Virus record (IMG/VR): IMGVR_UViG_3300020021_000003 | Span: 65,877-101,046 of that record | DNA length: 35,170 nt | Source: a virus | Direction: 5' to 3' (one strand) | Shown: positions 16,049 through 24,366 of the stretch, one piece after another | How positions within the stretch are numbered: the first letter of the stretch is position 1 | Layout: each line of letters opens with the position of its first letter | Made by a program: the position numbers and the translations under genes | The notes under the pieces: generated by a model | Databases searched by the model: none | Told to the model about the DNA's origin: nothing | What the model saw: the letters and a program-made list of their open reading frames with translations, nothing else

Positions 16049-16390
16049 CTACCACCACACCAAAAAGAGATATACTCCAGCCGGAATCTCATCCATCTGG
16101 TAAAGAGCCTCTAGAATATCGTGGGGATTAGGCTTGTCGTCAGGCTTAGCATTGACCAGATCTTCCATGAACCTGTCGAGATCAAAGGAAACCGCGTGGC
16201 CGAATTCATCCCAGCTATACACGCCATCATAATCCCACATACCCACCTCGTAAGTCCAGTAGGTGTTCTGGTAGGGGTACATCATGATAGGCGCGTAGCG
16301 ATAATTTATGTTGAAGCGCTCGTTGACGAAATTCTGGAAATTTTCCGACCAGATTTCGTTGTAAGTCTTTACGTCATTTGGAAACTTCAT
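16049..16390 (-). CDS. Hypothetical protein
   Basis: AAGGAG RBS. Confidence 0.75.
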   Translation of the reverse strand: MKFPNDVKTYNEIWSENFQNFVNERFNINYRYAPIMMYPYQNTYWTYEVGMWDYDGVYSWDEFGHAVSFDLDRFMEDLVNAKPDDKPNPHDILEALYQMDEIPAGVYLFLVWW

Positions 16391-16409
16391 ATTATCTCCT
16401 TTTGTCGAG

Positions 16410-16455
16410 TAAAACTAACACGGGAGTGGGTTTTTAGTCCACTCCCATATTAATT
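16410..16455 (-). terminator. Probable terminator hairpin
   Basis: GGGAGTGG/CCACTCCC stem followed by TGTTAGTTTT on minus strand. Confidence 0.55.
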
Positions 16456-16459
16456 CGGC

Positions 16460-16669
16460 TCAGTCAATCCACTTGTCACTGTGTACAGTACAAGCCCAGC
16501 TACTTGCATCACGCTTGTAAGGAAGGGGAAGACCCAATCCCACAAGCCTTGGTCGATGCTTCATGCGATGCAGGACAACATTTTCATTGTGGCCACAGTT
16601 CGGGCAGGACGGACCCTTTCCCTTAGTCTTATTATCTGCGTATCGATCGAAAGAATCAGCCATTACCAC
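16460..16669 (-). CDS. Small zinc-ribbon protein
   Basis: CPNC...WACTVH. Confidence 0.6.
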   Translation of the reverse strand: MVMADSFDRYADNKTKGKGPSCPNCGHNENVVLHRMKHRPRLVGLGLPLPYKRDASSWACTVHSDKWID

Positions 16670-16884
16670 TATTTCTCATCCGGAAATATTGCGTAGACTA
16701 GCTCAACAGAATGATTTGCTGCGTGCTGTGCTGCGTCTTCCCAGCCTGTTTTGTAGTAATCAAGGGCTAGTTTGTACAGATCCGTACGAAATTCCTTGTC
16801 ATCTACAGCCTGCAAACTCTCAGGTAGTTCTGTAGTAAGAAATAGCTCTAACTCGGGAATATTATAAAACTTCTCGTTACTCAT
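16669..16884 (-). CDS. Hypothetical protein
   Basis: ATGA coupling with thyX. Confidence 0.65.
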   Translation of the reverse strand: MSNEKFYNIPELELFLTTELPESLQAVDDKEFRTDLYKLALDYYKTGWEDAAQHAANHSVELVYAIFPDEK

Positions 16885-17600
16885 TGAAAGGGCTCCTCAG
16901 GAAAGTCCTGGTAACTGGCTGGGGCAATCTCTCGTAGCTCAGCGAGTAGCAAAGTAGCAAGCTCCCTGATCTCAGCATCCGCATGCTTGGAGTAACGCTT
17001 GAAGAACACGTCACGCCATGCGCGATGGTTCGCTGTGATAACCATACTCACAGGAGCGCAGTTTGGCAAGACGCTTCGGGCTGCCTCACGGGCTTCCTTG
17101 CGTGTCTTCCCTTGTGCTGTAAGAACATTAACGTAGCTCTCATAGCTTGTCAATGCCCTCTTGTACTCGGCACGAAGATCGTCTTCAAGCTCTGTCCCTC
17201 GGATAGCTGGAGGAATGACAGGATCAGTGCCACTGTAGTCCACATAGCGCTGACTCTCAACCGAGAAGCTAGCATGACGATGACGAGTCAGTTCAGCCAG
17301 CAAAGAACGGCTTACCTCTGTAATGTAGAACGTGGCAGATGCATGCTCAAGAACACTGAAATGACTCTGATTAATGATATTGCCGATATACCTTTCATCA
17401 GTCTGTGTAGCCGGATTCGGCATATTCCAGGACTGGTAGCAAGAACGTCCAGCAAAATGAGCCAGAGTATCAGCGTCAAAATGCCTGTCTTCCCAGTGGT
17501 AGAAATTGGGACGATCCAAGAACTGTCGCCCGAACTTCGTATCGAACAGATCACGCGGAATCTCGTGCATTTCAGTTGAAGCAATAAGCGTAACCTTCAC
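16881..17600 (-). CDS. thyX: Flavin-dependent thymidylate synthase ThyX
   Basis: AGRSCYQS, HFSVLEHA, ELTRHRHASFSVESQRYV, AREAARSVLPN, HADAEIR. Confidence 0.97.
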   Translation of the reverse strand: MKVTLIASTEMHEIPRDLFDTKFGRQFLDRPNFYHWEDRHFDADTLAHFAGRSCYQSWNMPNPATQTDERYIGNIINQSHFSVLEHASATFYITEVSRSLLAELTRHRHASFSVESQRYVDYSGTDPVIPPAIRGTELEDDLRAEYKRALTSYESYVNVLTAQGKTRKEAREAARSVLPNCAPVSMVITANHRAWRDVFFKRYSKHADAEIRELATLLLAELREIAPASYQDFPEEPFQ

Positions 17601-17974
17601 TCAGAATCCTTTGTTGGTTGAAATGTAGCGTCGTAAGCATATCCCCAAGATTGTCCGAAATCCTGATAATTCTGGATTTCTTGCAGGGCTTCCCCAGCAT
17701 CACCTGCGAAATGGATCTTATCCATGATGATTTCTGCCAGTTCCCAAAATGGAAGAAAACGTGTGTGGGATCCAGAAAGATCCTCAATCGGAATACCCTT
17801 TTCAACCAGGTAACAGCCGATCAGACAACTGGGAGACTTCTCGTCATCCACATAACCGCATGCAAATGATCCATCAGAAATCTCAATGGGTTCGTAAATC
17901 TTGTCCATGCCGCCGTATTTCGCAATAACGGCAGGCATCTCGTCCCGGACATCTTCCCAGTCAATATAGAGCAC
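17597..17974 (-). CDS. Hypothetical protein (PSCLIG, Q..QD.G..WG motif)
   Basis: ORF coupled to thyX. Confidence 0.7.
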   Translation of the reverse strand: MLYIDWEDVRDEMPAVIAKYGGMDKIYEPIEISDGSFACGYVDDEKSPSCLIGCYLVEKGIPIEDLSGSHTRFLPFWELAEIIMDKIHFAGDAGEALQEIQNYQDFGQSWGYAYDATFQPTKDSE

Positions 17975-17976
17975 TG

Positions 17977-18150
17977 TCAGACCTTCTGGTAGTTAGCGGC
18001 AAGGGAATCATAGGAAACGGCTACAAGAGCCCTGTCCTTACCGCCTCGAAGGTACACCGTTTTGTTCTTCTTGTCCACAGTGTCCACCTTGTAGATGACA
18101 TCAGTGATCATGTTGTGCTTGTAGCTCTCACCCTTACGGGGCATTTGCAT
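17977..18150 (-). CDS. 57-aa hypothetical protein
   Basis: Hand translation MQMPRKGESYKHNMITDVIYKVDTVDKK... Confidence 0.55.
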   Translation of the reverse strand: MQMPRKGESYKHNMITDVIYKVDTVDKKNKTVYLRGGKDRALVAVSYDSLAANYQKV

Positions 18151-18288
18151 TCCTAACGCTCGACGCCAAAGTTTTTATAAATCTCTAGTATTGCTTTTAC
18201 TAGTTTAGGGTGAGTCTCTTTCTCACATTTGTTGTTATTAATTAAACAGGGCCAGGGAGACTGGTGCCTAGAGCACACTGCTTCCTGA

Positions 18289-18765
18289 CTAGGCGTTGTA
18301 CTTGCCATTACGTTCCTCTACGTTAGTACGGGAAGTTCGTCTTGTCAACTCTCTTGAAACCGTTTTAGCGCAAGCTTCCAAGTGAGCATACACTGCTTTC
18401 ACTCTCTCCGCAAAGGACTCGGCTACTAACAGAGCATAGTCAGCTTCCTGAACTTCTGGCTCTAAGGCCACCAGAGCTTTTGTCTCAGCTACAGTCTTTG
18501 CTTTCTTTTGTACAGTGTACTTATCGCTGATAGCTTGTAATTTTCTAGTAACCAGACGAACCTCAATAGCGGCCTCAGCTACTTGGTAACCCGCGTAGCC
18601 TGTCCAGCTAGTAAACTCACTCAGAAGCTCCATCAAAGCGTGGTCAGGAAGGTCGGACAACCCTACCGGAAGTTCCGGCTGGTCGTCTGAGGGGCGTGCT
18701 GGGGCTCGTAAGCCTATCTTCTCCAGTCCCCACCCGCTCTGTACTGCTTGACTTCTCGTTGCCAT
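18289..18765 (-). CDS. Helical protein, possible recombination mediator (UvsY-like)
   Basis: All-alpha pattern ending SRELTRR, next to exonuclease; family call is weak. Confidence 0.4.
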   Translation of the reverse strand: MATRSQAVQSGWGLEKIGLRAPARPSDDQPELPVGLSDLPDHALMELLSEFTSWTGYAGYQVAEAAIEVRLVTRKLQAISDKYTVQKKAKTVAETKALVALEPEVQEADYALLVAESFAERVKAVYAHLEACAKTVSRELTRRTSRTNVEERNGKYNA

Positions 18766-19663
18766 ATTTCTCGCAATCCTTACAACTAGAACCAGTAATA
18801 CATATAGGAGCTACACCCATTTCCAAGCCCACGACAATAGCATCGCAAAAGCCTAACATCTCGTCACAATACTCAGGATCGTATTTAACTACGAATTCCT
18901 TTACCCCTTGATTGAACTTAGCCTCATAAATGAATATGATCTGGTCAAAGGAAAGACCCATAATATTGCACAAGCGCAGATAGAGCTGTCCCTGTCGAAC
19001 ATGGGAAGGAAATGGCTCTTTGATATCCTTCCAGAGTCCCTGAAGGTATATTTTCTGACCATCTGAATTGGCCTCGTATACTTCAGGTGCCTCTATTCTA
19101 ACCGTACCAGCGCCTACCGACTTAATCTCGATAAGAGCGTCCAAATGCGGGATAGCTCCATCAGCATGGCCGGAGATAAGATACTGCTCTGCCCGCAAAG
19201 GTACCTCGCGGTATATATCGACTCCACCGGATCGTTCACAGTGCTCACAGAACTGACCAGCCTCGAACAGGTGGGACTTGGTAACGTAGCCACAAGTATG
19301 GCACTCCCAGTTTCCCCAGAGCAATCCCATGTCCCTCAGACGGTTCTGCCACTTGGTGTGGATCATGTGACCTTCGTCGAAGATGTTCAGGAGCTGGACA
19401 CCTACGTACTCAGGAGGCTTGAGAAAGGGGTTGGACGCCTCTCTACAGGCCGCAATACGGTAGTAGGTACCTCTGGGACACCAGTCTGTCTTCGCCATCT
19501 CAGAGGGGTGAATAATGTCCTGTCGTCTGTTGCTGGGCTTGGCGTGTTCCTTGATCATCCATGCTTGGATCTCTCCGACTAGCAGAGTCCCCTTTGAGGC
19601 ATTGGAGTAGGCTGCCAGATTTCCGGTCAGCTTAGGACCCCAACCCTTTTCTACTACTGCCAA
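18644..19663 (-). CDS. Cas4-like PD-(D/E)xK exonuclease
   Basis: IHPSE...CPR, G..IH, GHADG, IEIKS, Q.QLY, C-terminal C-x5-CxxC; inserted CxxC..CxxC; probable TTG start at 19663. Confidence 0.85.
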   Translation of the reverse strand: MAVVEKGWGPKLTGNLAAYSNASKGTLLVGEIQAWMIKEHAKPSNRRQDIIHPSEMAKTDWCPRGTYYRIAACREASNPFLKPPEYVGVQLLNIFDEGHMIHTKWQNRLRDMGLLWGNWECHTCGYVTKSHLFEAGQFCEHCERSGGVDIYREVPLRAEQYLISGHADGAIPHLDALIEIKSVGAGTVRIEAPEVYEANSDGQKIYLQGLWKDIKEPFPSHVRQGQLYLRLCNIMGLSFDQIIFIYEAKFNQGVKEFVVKYDPEYCDEMLGFCDAIVVGLEMGVAPICITGSSCKDCEKYGNEKSSSTERVGTGEDRLTSPSTPLRRPAGTSGRVVRPS

Positions 19664-19950
19664 GACTTTCTTTCCTTCCGTAACTGAGCTCTCTCGTCTG
19701 GTCTCATTCCGCCCCAGCATCCGTAGCGCTCATTGTTTACCATTGCGAATTCTAAACAGGCTTCCAGCAATGGGCAAGGCTTTCCATCGTACAGTCCTGT
19801 ACAAACAGCTTTAGCATCAGCATATGACTCCTCTATATCCTCTTCGGGATACCAAGGATCTTCATCTGCTGATGCCGGGAACGCTACACATTTAGCTGTC
19901 TTACTGGGATCATCGTGAAACCATTGTGGAGCCAGGCTACGTAACTTCAT
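19654..19950 (-). CDS. whiB: WhiB-family Fe-S transcription factor
   Basis: AKC...DPWYP...AKAVC..CP...ACLEFA....YGCWGG..PDER..LR. Confidence 0.9.
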   Translation of the reverse strand: MKLRSLAPQWFHDDPSKTAKCVAFPASADEDPWYPEEDIEESYADAKAVCTGLYDGKPCPLLEACLEFAMVNNERYGCWGGMRPDERAQLRKERKSWQ

Positions 19951-20266
19951 TACCAATTTCTGCTCTTTCCCTGAGTTCAAAATAGTCGTCCCTGGACATG
20001 ATTACCCAAGAATTACCACTGGTCTTGAACTCTACCAGAAAGATCGGAATTCGTCCATCTATAAGTGCTTGAGTGGAATTCTTTTCCAACTCCGCATCTT
20101 TGAGCGGATAGGATTTGGCTGAAGTTATCTTCAATTCCCATAGTTCGTTGTCAGACCTGACGTCTCCTTTACGAACCCAACCGTTACCACTGCCAGAATT
20201 AACAGAACCCCCGAGCTTTCGCGCGAGGGTCCTTTCCTGCTTCTGTGAATCCTTGAGTGTTGCCAC
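19937..20266 (-). CDS. PD-(D/E)xK Holliday junction resolvase-like nuclease
   Basis: QE..LA..LGG....GSG....KGDV.....ELK. Confidence 0.75.
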   Translation of the reverse strand: MATLKDSQKQERTLARKLGGSVNSGSGNGWVRKGDVRSDNELWELKITSAKSYPLKDAELEKNSTQALIDGRIPIFLVEFKTSGNSWVIMSRDDYFELRERAEIGNEVT

Positions 20267-20439
20267 TAAAGGAGAGTCACAAATTCATGGGCTTCAGTAT
20301 CCACATCGAGAGGATCGTAGTCGTACGTGCCAGCAGTACAGTCACAACCACCCATACCGCAGAACCTCTCACGCTCAATCCTGACTTCCTTGTTCGGGTC
20401 TTCCTTCAGAAGGACTGCAATCAACTCATGTACCAGCAT
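20266..20439 (-). CDS. 57-aa hypothetical protein
   Basis: Hand translation MLVHELIAVLLKEDPNKEV...; GAGGAG RBS. Confidence 0.6.
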   Translation of the reverse strand: MLVHELIAVLLKEDPNKEVRIERERFCGMGGCDCTAGTYDYDPLDVDTEAHEFVTLL

Positions 20440-20450
20440 GTTCTCTCCTC

Positions 20451-20801
20451 TTATAGAAACTTGGCGAGCTTTCCACAGATATTCGTTACGTCAATAACAG
20501 CCTTGTTCTTCTCGTCCTCTGTCTTGTAGCTGTGCTCTGTAAAGTGCTGAAGGCTTTCCGTGAGTTCCCTAATGGCATCCCACTTGGTCTTCGGCTTCAC
20601 CTTATCAAGACTGGTGTAGCCCTCAAATGGGCTTGGACAAGAACAACCGCTGTCCGAGATGACATAGAACTTGTCCTCTCCGTCATGAAGAACAGCAGTG
20701 ATATCGAAGTCCCACTCAGGTTCACCCCACTGAAGAGAGCCAATAAATTGCAGCCCGAAATACTCAGGCTGGTTGTACAGGTCCGGCTTGTCCCAACCCA
20801 T
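20451..20801 (-). CDS. Hypothetical protein (DSGCSCPSPFE motif)
   Basis: AGGAG RBS; recurrent actinophage-type motif. Confidence 0.75.
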   Translation of the reverse strand: MGWDKPDLYNQPEYFGLQFIGSLQWGEPEWDFDITAVLHDGEDKFYVISDSGCSCPSPFEGYTSLDKVKPKTKWDAIRELTESLQHFTEHSYKTEDEKNKAVIDVTNICGKLAKFL

Positions 20802-20809
20802 TACTACTC

Positions 20810-20989
20810 CTACAGATAGTCGATAACTACAATGTCGTAAGGGGATATATCAATGATAATATCCTTCAGAGCATAATCCCCGAAATCGTCCCAACCCAAG
20901 GGATCGGATGGCTCATGGAGCGTAGCAACCTTGACCTCCATATTCCCAGGGAAAGTAGAGAGTATCTTGATAACGTCAGCAACAGTCAT
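20810..20989 (-). CDS. Hypothetical protein
   Basis: MTVADVIKILSTFP..MEV; AAGGAG RBS. Confidence 0.65.
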   Translation of the reverse strand: MTVADVIKILSTFPGNMEVKVATLHEPSDPLGWDDFGDYALKDIIIDISPYDIVVIDYL

Positions 20990-21105
20990 TTCTTCTCCTT
21001 CACACAAGTCTTGTGAACCCAGCCATGTCCATATGGGTCAGGTGTAGCCTGGTTCAATCCGATCTTAAGCTTACAGATATGACAGGTTGGAACTAATAAA
21101 GTCAT
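20986..21105 (-). CDS. 39-aa zinc-finger peptide
   Basis: Hand translation with CHIC...HKTC; AAGGAG RBS. Confidence 0.55.
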   Translation of the reverse strand: MTLLVPTCHICKLKIGLNQATPDPYGHGWVHKTCVKEKK

Positions 21106-21110
21106 CACTT

Positions 21111-21167
21111 CTCCTTAAGTATTCCAGCCAGACTCTCCTACAAGAGGAGAGAAAGGCAAGCTACTTA
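21111..21167 (-). repeat. Intergenic structured repeat, copy 1
   Basis: 45/57 identical, ungapped, to 21451-21507 with compensatory changes. Confidence 0.85.
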
Positions 21168-21446
21168 AGCCTCTAGATCAGTTGCAGCAGACTTGTCCGT
21201 CTTGCCAAGAACCAGCTTGATAACGTCCCGGACAATTCCAATACCGAACTTGGCAAAGAATGCAACAGGCCATACCGTAATGAAAAAGCTTCGGTACAGG
21301 GCACAAAGCAGAAGACCAAGATCCTTGCCGTACTTACTGCGGAATCCGTCCAGGCTTCGATGCTCGATAACATCATCTGACACGGTAACAGCACCGATTG
21401 CCCAGAAAATACCACCAGCAATGATAGCAATAGTAATCCAGAACAT
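21165..21446 (-). CDS. Membrane protein
   Basis: Hydrophobic segments, WP motif; AAGGAG RBS. Confidence 0.75.
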   Translation of the reverse strand: MFWITIAIIAGGIFWAIGAVTVSDDVIEHRSLDGFRSKYGKDLGLLLCALYRSFFITVWPVAFFAKFGIGIVRDVIKLVLGKTDKSAATDLEA

Positions 21447-21450
21447 TTCT

Positions 21451-21507
21451 CTCCTTAAATAGGCCAGTCAAACCCTGCTACGAGAGCAGGGAGAGACAAG
21501 CTACTTA
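21451..21507 (-). repeat. Intergenic structured repeat, copy 2
   Basis: 45/57 identical to 21111-21167. Confidence 0.85.
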
Positions 21508-21767
21508 CTGAGAATACTGCGGATCTGCTGAGCAGCAGCCTTCAAACATACTTCCAGGAAGATTCCAAGAAGTACAATAGCTCCCGTAATACCCACGAAT
21601 GTCCAACCGCCAAACACAGACGCCAGTCCAATACCGATAATGCTCACAACAAGGATGAGTACCGAAGCCTTGCGCTCTGCTACCCGCAGACCCTCTTCAG
21701 GGTCAGAGAACTTCTCTCGGATAAGGTCGGCAAATTCCTGAGGATCAGTCACTTTGCAATCTCCCAC
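21501..21767 (-). CDS. Two-TM membrane protein
   Basis: Two hydrophobic helices; true start may be GTG at 21752. Confidence 0.7.
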   Translation of the reverse strand: MGDCKVTDPQEFADLIREKFSDPEEGLRVAERKASVLILVVSIIGIGLASVFGGWTFVGITGAIVLLGIFLEVCLKAAAQQIRSILSK

Positions 21768-22369
21768 TTGTGGATGTCGTCGTTCTCTGTGAGTACCTTA
21801 TACCGTGCGCCGATCTCGCGCAACTCCACGATCAGACCCTCAGCCTTGTAGCCAGGAGAAGCCTTGGAGCCGTTGTCGATCAGGTCTTGCTTCAGCTCCT
21901 GAATCTTAGCACCGTCATACGGCCCGGTAAAGAGCAGAGGAACGATGTACAGTCCCAGGTCGAACATGTCATCAGTTGGGTGAAGCTCTCCAAGCCAGCG
22001 CTCAGCATTGAAGAGACTGAAACGCTTCGGCACACCGTAACCGCGCTGAATGCCAGAGCCCCACCACTCACCGTAGTGGTCACCAGGACCAAGGATGGAC
22101 ACCAGCTCGTTGAGGTTGTCGGATACCCAACCAGCAAATCCGGCATTGTCAGTGGACTTACCTGGAGCAATGAATCGGTTACGGGACTGGACCCACACGT
22201 TGTACATACCGTTATCGTCAACGGCAACAACTGAAAGAGCCGCAGAAGCGTCAACCAGGGGATCGAAAGGACGAATACGGATAGCACCATTGCTACCGTC
22301 AAGCTTCTCAGTAATACGCATCTTCTCCTTGGAGAGTCGCGGGATACTGCTAAACTTTTGGAACTCCAT
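21749..22369 (-). CDS. RNA ligase (ATP-dependent, adenylation domain only)
   Basis: Motif I TEKLDGSN, QSR, YGEWWG.GIQ, FSLFN, EGLIV, RYK. Confidence 0.85.
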   Translation of the reverse strand: MEFQKFSSIPRLSKEKMRITEKLDGSNGAIRIRPFDPLVDASAALSVVAVDDNGMYNVWVQSRNRFIAPGKSTDNAGFAGWVSDNLNELVSILGPGDHYGEWWGSGIQRGYGVPKRFSLFNAERWLGELHPTDDMFDLGLYIVPLLFTGPYDGAKIQELKQDLIDNGSKASPGYKAEGLIVELREIGARYKVLTENDDIHKWEIAK

Positions 22370-22392
22370 AGTGGTATAGCCTCCTGTTTTAG

Positions 22393-22605
22393 TTAGACGT
22401 ACATCTCTGAACCGTCAGCACCATCAAATGCCCAGGCGCCTCTGTCATGATCCCACTGGACCTGCCCGGTTTCCCCTTCGATCTTCAGCGCCCCGCAGTC
22501 ACACTGTACCAGCAGAATCTCTTCCCCCGCAAGGTCTAGGGCATTCAAGGCAATCATCAGTGACTGCCAGCGGATCTTCTGCTCAGGAGAAAGATTGTCT
22601 TCCAT
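22393..22605 (-). CDS. Hypothetical protein
   Basis: AGGAG RBS. Confidence 0.65.
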   Translation of the reverse strand: MEDNLSPEQKIRWQSLMIALNALDLAGEEILLVQCDCGALKIEGETGQVQWDHDRGAWAFDGADGSEMYV

Positions 22606-22612
22606 TGGACTC

Positions 22613-22993
22613 CTAGATATAGTCGGCTAGAACTACTGTCAAGTCAACAGTACTTCCGTAGGTTGAAGGAATCTTCACACCCTTGGTAATGCGGGTCAAG
22701 TTTGTAACTCTCTCGTAGACAGTATAGGTAAAGCCCTGAGGATACAACTCGGTATTGTCCGTGCAAGGCAGGGTAATACTGAAAGTCCCTGGTCCACCCT
22801 GGTTGGGTGCTCCACCTGCTGTACCTGGAAGGTACGCCACAAGTGGTGGGGTTGTCAAGAACTCTGCGTCAGTGGCGTCAGAGAGACTGCCAACGCTCGG
22901 AATGAACTGTATCGTACCGTTCTCTCCAGCGCCACTGATGAAGTTGATGTACTTACCCGTAACTATGATGGTCTTTCCACCGGTAACACTCAT
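22613..22993 (-). CDS. Hypothetical beta-rich protein resembling N-terminal anchor domains of actinophage tail proteins
   Basis: VTG.Y....G...GT..F.PS...G.FSITL..TD...P.GFTY.V.E pattern. Confidence 0.5.
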   Translation of the reverse strand: MSVTGGKTIIVTGKYINFISGAGENGTIQFIPSVGSLSDATDAEFLTTPPLVAYLPGTAGGAPNQGGPGTFSITLPCTDNTELYPQGFTYTVYERVTNLTRITKGVKIPSTYGSTVDLTVVLADYI

Positions 22994-22996
22994 AAA

Positions 22997-24061
22997 CTAG
23001 TCCTTATTGGTAGCTATTTCGAGGGTCAGTCTCATGATCTCCTCGCGTAGCTCAATGTTATCGCGGATAGCTTCCACCATGACATCTCTGCCCTTCCAGC
23101 CCAGTCTTTCCGTTGCCCCGATCGGTGTGTAGTAGAACATACCACCTCCACCACGCTCGATGACCTTGAACAGGACACCCATGGTGATGATATCCTTCAC
23201 AGCATCGTACTGTCCAGGCTTGAAGCCACCTTCTGTGTAGTCGAAGTACATATCTGCTGCTGCTGTTCTCTGTGGTGCACCCTGCTTGTTCTTGGTGATC
23301 TGGTACTTCGTGGTCTGACCAACAGGAACCTTGCCCAAGCCTTCACGGGACTCAGTAACCCAGTCGTCTCGGCTGATCTTTACACGCTGGTAGAAATTGT
23401 AGTTCTTAGCCTTACCACCTGGTTCAGTCTTAGGTGTTCCGTGTGGAGAATAGCCACCGATATTGTCACGGTACTGGTTGACGAAGAATCCGATATAAGG
23501 ACGATCGTCAGTGAAGCTGTCCGTAATCTTACGGAAGAACTGTCCTACTCTTCGGGCGCCGGAAGCCATAGAGAATTCCTCCATGGTCTTATCCGCTTCC
23601 GCGTCTGCAATCAGTGCAGGATAGGAGTCGATGACAATGCAGTCAAAGGAATGGGAACGTGCAGCATTGATAACGCCCTGGAATCCCAATTCCATGTTGT
23701 TGGTCTCATCCACAACAACTCTGTCATTGTCTATACCATTCAGTGCAGCCCAGTCAGGATTGTAGGGCTCAGATGCCAACCAGTAGACAGAGTAGTCGTC
23801 CCTCAATGCCTGGTTCGTAGCAATAGTATGCAGAATGGTAGTCGTCTTGCTACTGCTTGCTTCTCCTACTACTTCAATCCATCTGTTGTTCGCCCAGCCA
23901 CCACCTAATGCGACGTCTAAGGACAAGATCCCTGAGGTCTGGCACGGAGGTACATAGATTTCTGAGCCTAAGATAAGCGGTCTGTGCCCATCCTTTACTA
24001 ACTTCTTGTTCATCTCAGCCTTGAAAGCCTTGATCTTTAATGCCTGTTCCGAAGTAACCAC
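22997..24061 (-). CDS. recA: RecA-like recombinase
   Basis: SG.LSLDVALGGG, Walker A GEASSSKTT, Walker B IVIDS, NQ.R..IG, PGGKA, KNK. Confidence 0.92.
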   Translation of the reverse strand: MVTSEQALKIKAFKAEMNKKLVKDGHRPLILGSEIYVPPCQTSGILSLDVALGGGWANNRWIEVVGEASSSKTTTILHTIATNQALRDDYSVYWLASEPYNPDWAALNGIDNDRVVVDETNNMELGFQGVINAARSHSFDCIVIDSYPALIADAEADKTMEEFSMASGARRVGQFFRKITDSFTDDRPYIGFFVNQYRDNIGGYSPHGTPKTEPGGKAKNYNFYQRVKISRDDWVTESREGLGKVPVGQTTKYQITKNKQGAPQRTAAADMYFDYTEGGFKPGQYDAVKDIITMGVLFKVIERGGGGMFYYTPIGATERLGWKGRDVMVEAIRDNIELREEIMRLTLEIATNKD

Positions 24062-24076
24062 TTTGCTCCTCAATAG

Positions 24077-24126
24077 AGTAACCCCTGATAAGCCTAAGCC
24101 TATCAGGGGTTACTGACATTCGTCAA
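24077..24126 (-). promoter_or_regulatory. recA promoter overlapping a 14-bp inverted repeat
   Basis: TTGACG (24121-24126) - 18 nt - TAGGCT (24097-24102); arms 24077-24090/24101-24114. Confidence 0.7.
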
Positions 24127-24129
24127 TAC

Positions 24130-24366
24130 TTATTCATCCGGCTCACGCATGGCATCCCTCAGGATATCCAAAACGGTACAGCCTACTACAAAGATGGTGA
24201 ACACCATACCTACGGACATCCAGAAAGGATTGCCGAGGATTATGATAATGATTCCGATGACAAAGGAGCTGAAGTAGCTCCCGATAATGCGTATCACGTA
24301 GAACACAGCTCCTTCAGTCCTCGTTGATCGAGACCGTCGAACTGCTTGTTGAAAGCTACTCGACAA
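24130..24366 (-). CDS. Two-TM membrane protein
   Basis: Hydrophobic segments; true start probably GTG near 24307 after AAGGAG. Confidence 0.6.
   Translation of the reverse strand: MSSSFQQAVRRSRSTRTEGAVFYVIRIIGSYFSSFVIGIIIIILGNPFWMSVGMVFTIFVVGCTVLDILRDAMREPDE

Noticed and set aside
18151-18288. AT-rich gap as a replication origin
   Set aside because: No iterons seen, and it can be read as a 41-codon minus-strand ORF (MCSRHQSPWPC...), so probably coding.
18644-19663. CRISPR-Cas locus implied by the Cas4-like gene
   Set aside because: No repeat-spacer array or other cas genes; stand-alone Cas4-like nucleases are common in phage recombination modules.
21111-21507. Integron attC sites
   Set aside because: The repeats lack the RYYYAAC/GTTRRRY ends and no integrase is present.
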